Positions 9,154 through 19,507 of a stretch of 64,000 nt of DNA are shown in pieces. The stretch is from the NCBI GenBank assembly GCA_963681965.1, contig OY820579.1, positions 3,072,001-3,136,000 on the forward strand. The letters are read 5' to 3'. How positions within the stretch are numbered: position 1 is the first letter of the stretch; each line of letters begins with the position of its first letter. Under the pieces are notes generated by a model. That model did no database searches and had not been told where the DNA came from. It saw only the letters and a program-made list of their open reading frames with translations. The position numbers and the translations under genes are program-made. The stretch comes from a bacterium (GTDB lineage: Bacteria > Electryoneota > JAOADG01).

Positions 9154-10785
9154 TCAATTGATCGCAGTAACCCGATAATAGTTCACCCCAGTGACACCAG
9201 TATCAATGAACGTCGTTGTCGATCCTGAGACGGTTCCGATTAGATTCCCCGTTCCCGGTGGAGTAAAATATCCGGAAGAATACCGATAAATCCGATAACC
9301 AGTTACCGAAGAACTTGATGGTGTCCAACTCAGTTGTGCTCCTGGATTGAGAAATTGAACCGACAGCAACGATGGACTCCCCGGCGGTTGTGCAACAATG
9401 AAACCTGAGAATGCGGGTGTACTCCAAACTCCATTTTCATCCCGAGTTCGAATAAAGAGCGAGTGATTTCCAAGTGCAATGCTCGATAATGAAATTAGAA
9501 AATTCGAGTGAACTGAGTCAGCGTTTGCAATCGAAACAGTGTTTGCATTTCCAATTCCCGGATCGGTGTCGAGAAAATATTCCGCTCGTGTTAGATGCGG
9601 TCGAACAGTTGTTGAATTTCCTTTCCAGAAATAGCGCGAAATCGGCATCGACCATTTACCCGCTGCATCGCGGGTTCGAAACCAGATCGAATGAAATCCG
9701 TTACTAAAAGTTGATAACGGAATATTGAACGAAGTATTCACTGAATCGGCAACGCTAACTCCCACGCTAGTGCCACTACCCGGATTTACCAATCCATCGA
9801 TCGAATATTCCGCTGCAACGATATTCCGCGATGATACCTGTTCGCACCAAAACGAGTGATTGATTGGATACGACCATACCCCATTCGCAGCCTTCACTCG
9901 AAAACCAAAGCTGTGCATACCATTGCTAATACCGGTTAAGGGTGCAATAAACCGAGAATTAACCGAATCCGAAGGAGTAACGATTACGGAATGCGCAACA
10001 CCGCGACCGGGGTCGGTATCGAGAAACCATTCTGCCGCACTGATTTGCGAACCCGACAATTGCTGCACCCAAATCGGTCGAAAAATTGGTGCTGACCAGA
10101 TGCCATTAGTCGCCTTCACTCGGAACCCAAGAGCGTGGAAGCCACTACTAATTCCAGTTAGCGATGCGATAAATTGCGAGTTGACTGAATCTGCCGGTAT
10201 GATCGTCACTGCGTGTGCAGCACCGCGACCGGGATCTTCATCGAGGAACCACTCGGCTGCGCTGACCATAGTCGAAGGAAGATATTCCACCCAGAGTGGA
10301 CGTAGGGTAGGGTGTGACCAATTTCCCTTGCGGTCGTTAACTCGAATCCCCAAGACGTGAAATCCGCGAGTTAACGTGGTGATTGGTACCTCGAAACTCA
10401 CCGACACCGAATCTGATTCCAGGAAAATGATTTCGTTGCCATGTAGCGGTCCGGGATCGACATCGAAAAAATATTCACCGTAGGGTACCACTGTCGACAG
10501 ACTTCGTTGTACCCAGATCGATTTTATCACCGGGATACTTTTCCGATTATTATTGTCGACTGTCCTGATCAGTACTGTGTGAAACCCGTCAGATAATCCA
10601 CCGATTGGAACGGTAAAACTTCCCGCTGCTGAATCGCCATTCAGCGTAATACCAGTCAGCCAGTACCCGTTGATGGATGGCGGATCGATAGCATACTCAA
10701 TTCGATTGAGCGGTGTAGCAATCGTTACGCTTACGCATATTGAAAGCATTGCCAAAAGCAACTTACGTAGAATTGATGCGTTCAT
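9154..10785 (-). CDS. Secreted protein with about six ~74-aa Ig-like 'EY/WFxDxDPG' repeats and a C-terminal FN3-like domain
   Basis: Signal peptide from MNASILRK (ATG 10785, GGAGG RBS); repeats AAEWFLDxDPGRG...GxHxxGxRVKxxNGxWS; ends LSW...GYRIYR...FIDT...YYRVTA. Confidence 0.8.
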   Translation of the reverse strand: MNASILRKLLLAMLSICVSVTIATPLNRIEYAIDPPSINGYWLTGITLNGDSAAGSFTVPIGGLSDGFHTVLIRTVDNNNRKSIPVIKSIWVQRSLSTVVPYGEYFFDVDPGPLHGNEIIFLESDSVSVSFEVPITTLTRGFHVLGIRVNDRKGNWSHPTLRPLWVEYLPSTMVSAAEWFLDEDPGRGAAHAVTIIPADSVNSQFIASLTGISSGFHALGFRVKATNGIWSAPIFRPIWVQQLSGSQISAAEWFLDTDPGRGVAHSVIVTPSDSVNSRFIAPLTGISNGMHSFGFRVKAANGVWSYPINHSFWCEQVSSRNIVAAEYSIDGLVNPGSGTSVGVSVADSVNTSFNIPLSTFSNGFHSIWFRTRDAAGKWSMPISRYFWKGNSTTVRPHLTRAEYFLDTDPGIGNANTVSIANADSVHSNFLISLSSIALGNHSLFIRTRDENGVWSTPAFSGFIVAQPPGSPSLLSVQFLNPGAQLSWTPSSSSVTGYRIYRYSSGYFTPPGTGNLIGTVSGSTTTFIDTGVTGVNYYRVTAIN

Positions 10786-10795
10786 CACGCCTCCG

Positions 10796-11764
10796 TTAGT
10801 TGCGACCCTTGGCACGGAAATCGACTTGTAAACCACCGGTAGTTGATGCCGTGGTTGGAACAAACAGATAGGTGATGGTCGGAATCGGCGGTATACCCGA
10901 AAGCACATACGGATAAGGTCCAGTATACATTCCGATATCTGCTCCGCTACGACCGGCGCCGATGCCCGCTGAATTGGCTTTCAATTGCCATCTGGTTTCG
11001 TTGTTACCCGGACCGGTAAACACCGAGTCGATCGGCGACTGCCGATTACCGGTACCGTTGGGAAAAACGGCGTAGGAAAATAACACATGATCGATCGTGC
11101 AGTTCGAAGTACTGATTGCTTGGATGGAAACGATATATGAATTGTAACAGGTTGAGTTCGCTAAATTCATTCCACCATAAGGATTGGTATAATTGAATAT
11201 GCAATGTCCTATAGTCGTTCCAGTATGATTGGAGCCATAGGAAATCGGAGAATTGTTGTTTTCGATATAGGTATTGAAGATCTGGGTATTGGAACTCCCA
11301 TTGATATTGATTGTACCTGTGATGAAACATTGCTGAATACAGACGTCGGTTACAGATCCAACAAGGATCGTAGTATTCACCAAACATCTTCTAATTAAGA
11401 TATTGGATGCGTTTACCGAAACATTGCTGTAAAAGGTCAAACTGACGAGTTGCGAGTTCTGAGATCCTTCGGACATCGTGATACCATTCAGGCGAGCTTC
11501 AGAAGCATTTGCCTGTGTTTCCAAATTGCTGGTTAGATAATATCCGGGACCAATCCACACCAGACGTTTAGTACAGTTCGGTGCTTCGTACATCGTTGCA
11601 GAGCCGATCACGTAGATCGTATCGCCGACGGCTGCGGCATCGTGACCGGATTGCGGAGTACGATATGCTGTTGGATTATTGGTGTTGTTATCGACGATGT
11701 ACACGTTGGCAAAAGCTGTGATCGAGCACGCGATGCACAATAGAAATAGCAAAAAGCGCTTCAT
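10796..11764 (-). CDS. Secreted right-handed beta-helix protein
   Basis: Signal peptide; VDNN...AAAVGDTIYV; N/I/C-rich beta-helix rungs; GAGxxGADIGMY; GIPPIP. Confidence 0.75.
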   Translation of the reverse strand: MKRFLLFLLCIACSITAFANVYIVDNNTNNPTAYRTPQSGHDAAAVGDTIYVIGSATMYEAPNCTKRLVWIGPGYYLTSNLETQANASEARLNGITMSEGSQNSQLVSLTFYSNVSVNASNILIRRCLVNTTILVGSVTDVCIQQCFITGTININGSSNTQIFNTYIENNNSPISYGSNHTGTTIGHCIFNYTNPYGGMNLANSTCYNSYIVSIQAISTSNCTIDHVLFSYAVFPNGTGNRQSPIDSVFTGPGNNETRWQLKANSAGIGAGRSGADIGMYTGPYPYVLSGIPPIPTITYLFVPTTASTTGGLQVDFRAKGRN

Positions 11765-12213
11765 AAGAGCCTCTTATGTGAAGTAGAAGAAGTGAAGTAA
11801 AAAAATGAGAAAATCCGGAAGTCATACATTATAAGTATAAATTAGAAATTAACGTCTCATATAGCAATCAATTTTCCCGATTAAGACTAGATTTCAATAA
11901 GCATTGGTTCAAGCAATAATTCTGGATAACAGAATATGAATAAAGCAGTAAGCACATACATACGATTTAGTGCTTTGAGTCGATTATTATAACTACTGAG
12001 TTTTAATGACTACGTGTAGTATCGGGCAAGCAATTAGAGAAACTTTTTACTTGACCGGAAGAACATTCAGTCGCAATTGACAGAAGTATATTCGCAAGGA
12101 ATGCATCGCTACAACAATTTTCTGGATAGCTCGAACTGGCTATTATCTCTTTGAGATCGTTATAATGCAAGTTAATTGCTAATCGGGAAAAATCAGTAAT
12201 TATTTCAATCGCT

Positions 12214-12870
12214 TCAATGAATTTTCTCGGTCACCACTGTTCCAAAATAGCGATCGCCATAATCACCAAGACCCGGATCGATATACTTCATCGCAGTTAA
12301 ATGGGGATCGATCGCAGCCACAGTAATATGGGCTTCCGGAATATGCGTTGCCAACCGATCATACCCTTCCTGTGAAGCGACAACTCCGAGAAAATGAATC
12401 TGATCGGGAATGTAACCATGATCGCGTAAAATGTCGATCGCCATGATTGCTGAGCCTGCGGTAGCAAGCATTGGATCAAGAATAATCGCATTGGTCGGGA
12501 GTGGATGAGGAAATTTCTTATAAAATAGTTTTGGTTCGGCAGTAGCTTCATCTCGTTGTATCAATAAAGAACCGACTGCTGCTTGCGGAACGACACCCAG
12601 AAAGGCTTGAACCAACGCTTGCCCGGCTCGATAGATCGGTACACCCATGACATCGGTATCGAGCACTTGCCCTTCGGCAATGCCAACCGGTGTCTGTACG
12701 GACAACGTGCGGTGCGGTAATTTTGCTACGGCTGCCGCACAAAGCAAGCGAGCTAGATTGTCGGAAGCCCATCGGAATTTTTCAGTCGTCGTCGATACAT
12801 CGCGCAAGATGTATAGATACCGTTCCATTTCGAGTGTGTTCGGATTCAAGTTGTCCTCACTAGTGAGCAA
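12214..12870 (-). CDS. upp: Uracil phosphoribosyltransferase
   Basis: LRDVST...FR, PIYRAG, IQRDEAT, LDPMLATAGS, PGLGDYGDRYFGT. Confidence 0.93.
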   Translation of the reverse strand: MLTSEDNLNPNTLEMERYLYILRDVSTTTEKFRWASDNLARLLCAAAVAKLPHRTLSVQTPVGIAEGQVLDTDVMGVPIYRAGQALVQAFLGVVPQAAVGSLLIQRDEATAEPKLFYKKFPHPLPTNAIILDPMLATAGSAIMAIDILRDHGYIPDQIHFLGVVASQEGYDRLATHIPEAHITVAAIDPHLTAMKYIDPGLGDYGDRYFGTVVTEKIH

Positions 12871-12973
12871 GTAATCGCCCCAATATTACTAAATAAAACA
12901 CCCAGGAAAAAATTTGTTGGAGTAACTGACTGAATCGCACCTTCAGTGCTGTATTGAGATATCAATCATCTGC

Positions 12974-15900
12974 TTAATTTCGATCCAGAACATACCTTAC
13001 TTTTGCCGCTAGATCTTTCATCGAAAATGGCTTCTGGATAAAATTGTACTCTTCATCCAGAACTCCCTCATGTTCGATAACTTCAGCGGTATAACCAGAC
13101 ATAAAAATATGTCTCATGTCTGGAAATCGTTGCTTAAGATTTAACATCAGATCTCGACCATTCATCTCCGGCATAACAACATCGGTAATCAGTAAGTCAA
13201 TATAATTCAGATCGGTCGAAGCGATCCGAATTGCAGCTTCTGGCGAGTTAGCGGGTACGATATTGTAGCCCATTCGTTCCAACATCGACGCAGCCATTCG
13301 CAAGATCGCCGGTTCATCTTCCACGAGTAATATCGTTTCACTACCTCGAATTGGTTGAGATGTAGAAATCTCATTCGATCGAACGATCGTAGTTTGAAAT
13401 CGCGGAAGATAAATTTCAAACGTTGTACCCTTACTCTCTTCACTCGATACTTCAATATATCCCTTGTTCTGTTCGACAATGCCGTAAACCGACGCTAATC
13501 CGAGACCGGTACCCTTTCCCAATTCCTTGGTGGTAAAGAACGGTTCATAAATGTGTTTTAAGGTCTCCTCATTCATACCACAACCATTATCGGTTACCGA
13601 CAGTACGATAAATTCACCATGTTTCGATTGGTTGTGATTGTTGTCGTTGTTATCATCTACAACAATATTGCGAGTCTGAATAGTGATTTTTCCGATGCCG
13701 GAAATTGCATCACGCGCATTGATACACAGATTGGCTAGAATCTGGTCGATTTGTGAGGGATCCATATTAATCTGCCATAAATTAGATCCTGGACTCCAAG
13801 TCAACTCAATATTTTCGCCAATCAATCGGTGAAGCATATTCAGCATACCCTCAACCGTACTATTCAAATCGAGAATTTTCGGAATCACTGTTTGTTTTCG
13901 TGCGAACGCCAACAACTTACTTGTCAAATCAGCCGATCGCATGGCTGCTTTGTGGATTTCCTCCAAATTGCGATAGTCATCACTATTCTGATCGATTGTA
14001 CTCAGAAGCATCTCAGTGTGTCCAAGAATGACACCCAACATATTGTTAAAATCGTGTGCGACACCGCCTGCCAAACGCCCGACAGACTCCATTTTTTGAG
14101 CTTGAATGAGTTGAGATTGAAGTTGCTTTTGTTCCTCCTCGGCAATTTTTCGATCGGTAACATCAAGATGAGTACCGCACATACGAAGCGGTCGACCGAA
14201 CTCGTCTCGGTCAACTACCCGTCCTTTATCAAGCACCCATACCCACTTACCTGATTTATGTCGAAGACGATTTTCGACGGCATAAAATTCAGTTTTTCCC
14301 TCCAAATGTGCGGCTAGAATTTTGTTTACTTCCTCTTTATCGTCGGGATGTACTAATTTTTCCCAAGAACTGATATCTTGCGCAATTTCTTCATATTGAT
14401 AACCGAGCATTTCTGCCCATCGGTCGTTGAATTTGACATATCCGGTCGTTACATTCCAGTCCCAGGTACCAAGTTCGGCACCGTGCAATGCTAGTTGTAA
14501 CCGTTCTTCACGCTCTTGAAGGATCTTTTCCACTTGTTTACGTTCAGTAATATCGCGTGAAAATCCTGTTGTTCCGATTATTACCCCGAATTCGTTACGT
14601 ACCGGCGTTTTAAATGTTTCAAACCACCGCATCTCCCCATTATCGAAAATTTGTTCTTCCGTGACGACGGGAATTCCTGAAGACATGATGTCAAAATCAT
14701 CTTTACGGTATTTGTTGGCTAGCTCTGCCGGCCAGATATCGAGATCGGTTTTACCAACTACTTCGGATCGTTTTTCTTTTCCACACGATTTTGCAAACAT
14801 GCGATTCACCGCGAGAAACCGGCTTTCGGCATCTTTCAACCAAACCAATCCGGGTTGGTTCTCAATGATCGCAGTCAAGTAGGATTCGCGTTGTTTCACT
14901 GCTTCTTCGGCACGACGGCGTTCAGTAATATCGATTAAGAAACCATCCCAAATGATCGCTCCCGATGGTAATCGTTCTGGTGTTGAATGAATTTCCAACC
15001 ACCCAACTTCACCATTTTTTACAAATCGGTACGAAGCGTGGTAGGGGTTCAATGAGGTCGCTGATTCTGTAATGCTAGCATAGAACGCCGCATGATCGTC
15101 GGGGTGAACCAAATTGAGGATTAGCGAGGCATCGCGAGTCGCTGCTTCAGCAGAAATCCCGGTGATATCGATCAGCACTTCATTGACGTAAGAAAAATTG
15201 AATTCACCAGTCGGAGACATTTCAAATTGAAAAACGACCGCCGGTGAGTTTTCCGCAAGTCGCTTGTATTTACCCTCGCTTTTACTGAGATCGTTAATTT
15301 TCTGGTTTAAACGACTCTTCAGAATAAATGTGATGCACAAGAGACCGACGAGTAATAACACAGCGAATGTGACGACCAACCTGAGTAGTCGTTTGGTTTC
15401 CGGATCGAATCCCGCCTCACTTTGCAGCGAAATCCACTGATTGCGAATCGTTTTAAGTTCTGATTCCGGAACACTGTTCAGCGCCTTTTGGATCGAGCTA
15501 TACAGATAGGGATATTTCCGGCTGACACCGATGCTCCAAGCGAACGAAAAGTCCGTTGTTCCCGCAACCCGAAGATTGGGAATACCACTCTTATTGATGT
15601 AATAGGCTGCTACTGCGAGATTCTCGACAAAAGCGTCGACCTGACCAAACGAAACGCTCTGTAATCCATCTTGTACATTTTTTACCGGAATCACGTGAAA
15701 CGAACCGAGTAACGCCTGATCCCGGATATACTTTTCGGTTGCGAATCCCGAAACAACACCGATCCGTTTCCCGGCAAGATTGTTTAGCGATAATTTCTCA
15801 CTAACTGAGTTTTTCGTGATGATTACAACTGGCACCGTTGCATACGGTTGTGTGAAAAACGCATACTCCTCCCGTTCGTTCGTGCGAACGATGGTCGGTG

Positions 15901-16252
15901 CGATGGCACACTCCCCACTCTTCAGAGCTGCAAGATGAGCATTCCAGTCGTCCGAGGGTTTCTTAATGAAATGCACATTGAGCAGTGTTTCAACCCGATC
16001 GACAACATCCGCACCCATCCCCACGAATGTGCCGGATTTTGAACTAAACTCGATCGGCGGAAACTCGACATTGAAGAGCAGAATCATTTTATCGGGATTG
16101 TTATCCAACCATGCCCGTTCTTCGGTAGATAGTTGGACGCGAGCGGCTTTGACTGCGCTGGCAGATGCAAACTGCAGCATGAATACAATCAGGAGGAAAC
16201 AAATTATAATTGGTAGCTTCGCAAATCGAGACATAGACCATCGAACAATCAT
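12974..16252 (-). CDS. Hybrid sensor histidine kinase (periplasmic SBP family 3 domain, three PAS domains, HisKA, HATPase, receiver)
   Basis: FPPIEF SBP region, TM helix, PAS-PAC repeats, LAGGVAHDFNNML H-box, EPFFTTK...GTGLGL, ILLVEDE...TDVVMP...KPF. Confidence 0.95.
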   Translation of the reverse strand: MIVRWSMSRFAKLPIIICFLLIVFMLQFASASAVKAARVQLSTEERAWLDNNPDKMILLFNVEFPPIEFSSKSGTFVGMGADVVDRVETLLNVHFIKKPSDDWNAHLAALKSGECAIAPTIVRTNEREEYAFFTQPYATVPVVIITKNSVSEKLSLNNLAGKRIGVVSGFATEKYIRDQALLGSFHVIPVKNVQDGLQSVSFGQVDAFVENLAVAAYYINKSGIPNLRVAGTTDFSFAWSIGVSRKYPYLYSSIQKALNSVPESELKTIRNQWISLQSEAGFDPETKRLLRLVVTFAVLLLVGLLCITFILKSRLNQKINDLSKSEGKYKRLAENSPAVVFQFEMSPTGEFNFSYVNEVLIDITGISAEAATRDASLILNLVHPDDHAAFYASITESATSLNPYHASYRFVKNGEVGWLEIHSTPERLPSGAIIWDGFLIDITERRRAEEAVKQRESYLTAIIENQPGLVWLKDAESRFLAVNRMFAKSCGKEKRSEVVGKTDLDIWPAELANKYRKDDFDIMSSGIPVVTEEQIFDNGEMRWFETFKTPVRNEFGVIIGTTGFSRDITERKQVEKILQEREERLQLALHGAELGTWDWNVTTGYVKFNDRWAEMLGYQYEEIAQDISSWEKLVHPDDKEEVNKILAAHLEGKTEFYAVENRLRHKSGKWVWVLDKGRVVDRDEFGRPLRMCGTHLDVTDRKIAEEEQKQLQSQLIQAQKMESVGRLAGGVAHDFNNMLGVILGHTEMLLSTIDQNSDDYRNLEEIHKAAMRSADLTSKLLAFARKQTVIPKILDLNSTVEGMLNMLHRLIGENIELTWSPGSNLWQINMDPSQIDQILANLCINARDAISGIGKITIQTRNIVVDDNNDNNHNQSKHGEFIVLSVTDNGCGMNEETLKHIYEPFFTTKELGKGTGLGLASVYGIVEQNKGYIEVSSEESKGTTFEIYLPRFQTTIVRSNEISTSQPIRGSETILLVEDEPAILRMAASMLERMGYNIVPANSPEAAIRIASTDLNYIDLLITDVVMPEMNGRDLMLNLKQRFPDMRHIFMSGYTAEVIEHEGVLDEEYNFIQKPFSMKDLAAKVRYVLDRN

Positions 16253-16569
16253 CTAAGACCCAAAATTAGGTAGTTCTTGAAATCCGGGGGTTGGTTACTT
16301 TGCTGTCGCTTGGCTAATTTTTTATTGAAACTGTAGCAAAGATCGAGCAAATCGACACAATCCATAATAAATGCACTGTCTCATCAGAATGCTAGCGTTA
16401 GATCGCGATAATTGAAAAAATATAGTTCGATAGGATAATCAATTTATTACGCAGTGTATAGGTCGATGAGAGGGATAGATCGCGTCAGTTGACTATGGTG
16501 GTTTTCAAAAGTTAGTTCTCATCATGCGTAACTGCGCTTCCCCGCTTCTGCCTCTTCTGTTGTAATCTT

Positions 16570-16971
16570 GTAGTAGAGGCGCCTCCCCGCGGGCGCCCGA
16601 TCTTTTATCTTTAATTTTTTTTATCTTTTCCCTAACACCCATCACCCATTACCCAACCCCCATTTTGTTGATTTGTCGTTGCGAGGAAAACCTTGCGGCA
16701 GCGAAGCGGCAAGGTTTAGCGAACACCGATGAATCTTGTAAATGTCGGGTTCGCAACACAACGTAGGAACGTGCGCAGCACTTCCGAAGCGAAGAGACGA
16801 AGCAACCCCGAAGGGCTCACCGAAGGTAATCTCCTCCTGTGTCTTGTATCCTGCAGTGGGGTGGACCCCTTTGTCCGCCCGTTTTTGTATCAGTTTTCTA
16901 CCGTAGGGGCGAATCGCATTCGCCCACTCTTGTATCTGTTTCACCAAGCACTAAGAACCAAGCACTATGCT
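16570..16971. repeat. Mosaic of REP-like palindromes and heptamer repeats 3' of a T9SS-cargo gene
   Basis: GTAGAGGCGCCTCCCCGCGGGCGCCC (16573), TGTCGTTGCGAGGAA...CGAAGCAA (16674-16805), GTGGGGTGGACCCCTTTGTCCGCCC (about 16856), GTAGGGGCGAATCGCATTCGCCC (16903); 7-mers CCCATCA/CCCATTA and CCAAGCA/CTAAGAA. Confidence 0.8.
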
Positions 16972-19344
16972 CTACTTCACCATCACGACTTTCTTCGTTG
17001 CAACAAATCCCGGCGCTTTCATCGAGATAAAGTAGATGCCCGATGAATTACGGTCAGCATGCCAGATGATCTCGTGACGACCTGCATTAAGTTGGCCATC
17101 ATGAAGTGTAGAAACAATTCTTCCCAACACATCGGAAACAATGATCGTTACTTGATCCTTTTTCGGAACATCGAAACGAATGTGCAGTGTCGAGTTGAAA
17201 GGATTCGGATAAGGAATCGAAAGCTTGAAATCGTTGGGAAGCGGATTACCGATGAGTGGTTCCACAGCAGTATCGTAGTGAGGAATGTGGTAGGTGCTGA
17301 TGGCATCATTGCCGAACAGTACAACTGTATTGTGGTATATAATCGGGTTGGCTTGCTTCATGATCCTGCCACGATACACTAATCCACTTGGTGTTATCTG
17401 GTAAACCAGCTTAAAACCATACCAATAATTATGCAAATCGACGAGAAGGATATTCCCGTCCAGGTCGATGTTTATTTCGGTATTGTACTGCTGGAATAGG
17501 GTATCGAGGGAACAATAGAGATAAGGCATACCAGTTTGCGGTAATACATAAATCCCCCGACCGTAAACAAATAGAGTGTCAAAATTCGTAGAAGATAGTA
17601 GCCCTGGACTCGCAATCGGAACGGAAAAACCAGTTTGTTGAACCCAACCAGTACCAGTCAAGCGAAACCACTTAGCTGTCGCTGGAGAAGAAGAAGTTGC
17701 AAAAACAGCATTGGAATCGCGTATCGCAAGAATGTTGTAAACCTGATTTACATTTATGGTCGTTTCCAAACGCGCACTATCAGAATCGATTCGGTAAAAA
17801 TATAAGTATGCACTTGTTCTAGGAGGAGGGGAAGCATTCAATACGAAATGTCTATTAGAGAAATACGTGATATGGAAATAGTCCGCACAATTGGCTGAAT
17901 ATGAAAGTAATGTATCAATAATTACTGTTCCATTGGTAAATCTTGCACGAAGAACTTTCTTATCTGCCGTTGTCCCTAACAATGTTGTATCATACAGTTT
18001 ACTGTCAACTACATCCAAATTCGTAACATCATTTGGTAGTATTCCTAAGATTTGATGATTGGTTCCGTTTGTATCGATTTCGAAAACACCCCAATTACCT
18101 CCTTGTAGTGATGTGCGTACTCCTCCCATCGAACCAAGTATTCGATTTCGCCACCGCATTACGCTATACGATCCATTCGTTACCGCCACCTTCGGAACAT
18201 TCGTCTGCGTTCGATAGAACCAAGCAGTGTCGATCACCGTTTGGTCGTCGATGCAGAATAAATGTGGATTTAACCCGTAACCGGTGGGGTATTCATGGGC
18301 GATTGCTCCAATGATACTTGTTTGCGTTCGTGTGACTAGTGCTGGAGGCGGAGGAGTAAACCCGCGATCCCAAGTTTGTGGTTCGAATTGATAGAACGGT
18401 ATTGAATCGAAGGGAACCGGATATCGAACACTTTGTGCCAGCGAGAAGCGCATATATTGCACATTCAATGCACCAGATGATCCGTTTGCATTTCTCGCAG
18501 TCATGCCATCGATATACTGTCGATCCGTTTGTGGCATGAGCCATTTGATGTTGTAAGGAAAAGTGATAGAATCAAGGACGGAAGGGGTTAACGAATCGTT
18601 CAGCGTCCATACAATCCATTGGTGATTATTACCAACAGTTACGAGTGTATCATTGACAAATGCCGGTACGCCGGGTAATACCGGTACTTGCACCCGACGA
18701 ACGGAAGGAGGGTGCTGCGACAAGTCGAGGATTACAAATGTCGAATCGGTACTATCGGCGCCAAACGCGATGTTGTTGCGAACTGCCCAATCGGAAACCG
18801 TCGGAACACTTAAATAATCCTGCCATTGATCGTTACTGTCGCGAATGAAGATTCGATTCAAATGAAATAAGTAATCGCCATACCGTACCGGTCGTAATGG
18901 ATAACGAAACACATCGTACATCGCCACATCTGGTTGCTGAAAGAAATTCTCATTCCCGCAGAGCGTTGTATCTATCTGAAATTGAGTCCCGTTCGGTACG
19001 GGACCGAGATAGGTTGGTGAGTTAATCCCATCCCATTGTATCCATGGGTTGGGACGAGTAAATGTTAATTTATCGCCATAACGGAACAGGTACGGAACGC
19101 CGGCATGATGGTAGTAGGGTAAAGCAAGCGACGTTAGTTGACGAAAACTATCCGGTGCCACTTCCTGCAAGGCGACAAACCCGTAATCGGTGAGACAGAA
19201 CAGCGTATCGCCATTAGCGGTAAGCGAATTCAAATGGTAGTTTGGATAGCTGTCTCCAATCCACTCGAAATCATCGCCCCAGCGCGGAGTAGCAAGCGCT
19301 ACTCCGACCAGAAGCAACCAAAAGATGATTGTCACACTGCGCAT
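16972..19344 (-). CDS. Secreted protein with a T9SS type-A-like C-terminal sorting domain
   Basis: Signal peptide MRSVTIIFWLLLVGVALA (alternative start at 19380); C-terminus PYPNPFNS...DVLGR...SSGIYF...KKVVMVK. Confidence 0.85.
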   Translation of the reverse strand: MRSVTIIFWLLLVGVALATPRWGDDFEWIGDSYPNYHLNSLTANGDTLFCLTDYGFVALQEVAPDSFRQLTSLALPYYHHAGVPYLFRYGDKLTFTRPNPWIQWDGINSPTYLGPVPNGTQFQIDTTLCGNENFFQQPDVAMYDVFRYPLRPVRYGDYLFHLNRIFIRDSNDQWQDYLSVPTVSDWAVRNNIAFGADSTDSTFVILDLSQHPPSVRRVQVPVLPGVPAFVNDTLVTVGNNHQWIVWTLNDSLTPSVLDSITFPYNIKWLMPQTDRQYIDGMTARNANGSSGALNVQYMRFSLAQSVRYPVPFDSIPFYQFEPQTWDRGFTPPPPALVTRTQTSIIGAIAHEYPTGYGLNPHLFCIDDQTVIDTAWFYRTQTNVPKVAVTNGSYSVMRWRNRILGSMGGVRTSLQGGNWGVFEIDTNGTNHQILGILPNDVTNLDVVDSKLYDTTLLGTTADKKVLRARFTNGTVIIDTLLSYSANCADYFHITYFSNRHFVLNASPPPRTSAYLYFYRIDSDSARLETTINVNQVYNILAIRDSNAVFATSSSPATAKWFRLTGTGWVQQTGFSVPIASPGLLSSTNFDTLFVYGRGIYVLPQTGMPYLYCSLDTLFQQYNTEINIDLDGNILLVDLHNYWYGFKLVYQITPSGLVYRGRIMKQANPIIYHNTVVLFGNDAISTYHIPHYDTAVEPLIGNPLPNDFKLSIPYPNPFNSTLHIRFDVPKKDQVTIIVSDVLGRIVSTLHDGQLNAGRHEIIWHADRNSSGIYFISMKAPGFVATKKVVMVK

Positions 19345-19507
19345 CGGGATCTCGATTTGCACTTTGTAATATCTATTCAATTCTCAAGATAACAACATAC
19401 TTCACCAGTTAAAATACTTTATCCCTGCATTTTCAATTTTCTCTTTAAAAAAATGCGCCGAATCGCTTCAGCGCATCGATATCTTTCAATCACTTCAGTC
19501 GAAAAAT

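Noticed and set aside
9400-10720. Diversity-generating retroelement TR/VR pair suggested by similar repeats
   Set aside because: The repeats are in-frame protein domain duplications, I noticed no adenine-specific mismatch pattern, and there is no reverse transcriptase in the window.
10786-10908. Long overlap between the repeat-protein ORF and the beta-helix gene
   Set aside because: The signal peptide and RBS indicate a start at 10785, which removes the overlap.
16570-16971. CRISPR array, or the 101-aa and 105-aa ORFs in this region
   Set aside because: There are no constant direct repeats with regular spacers and no cas genes; the ORFs are chance translations of palindromic repeats.
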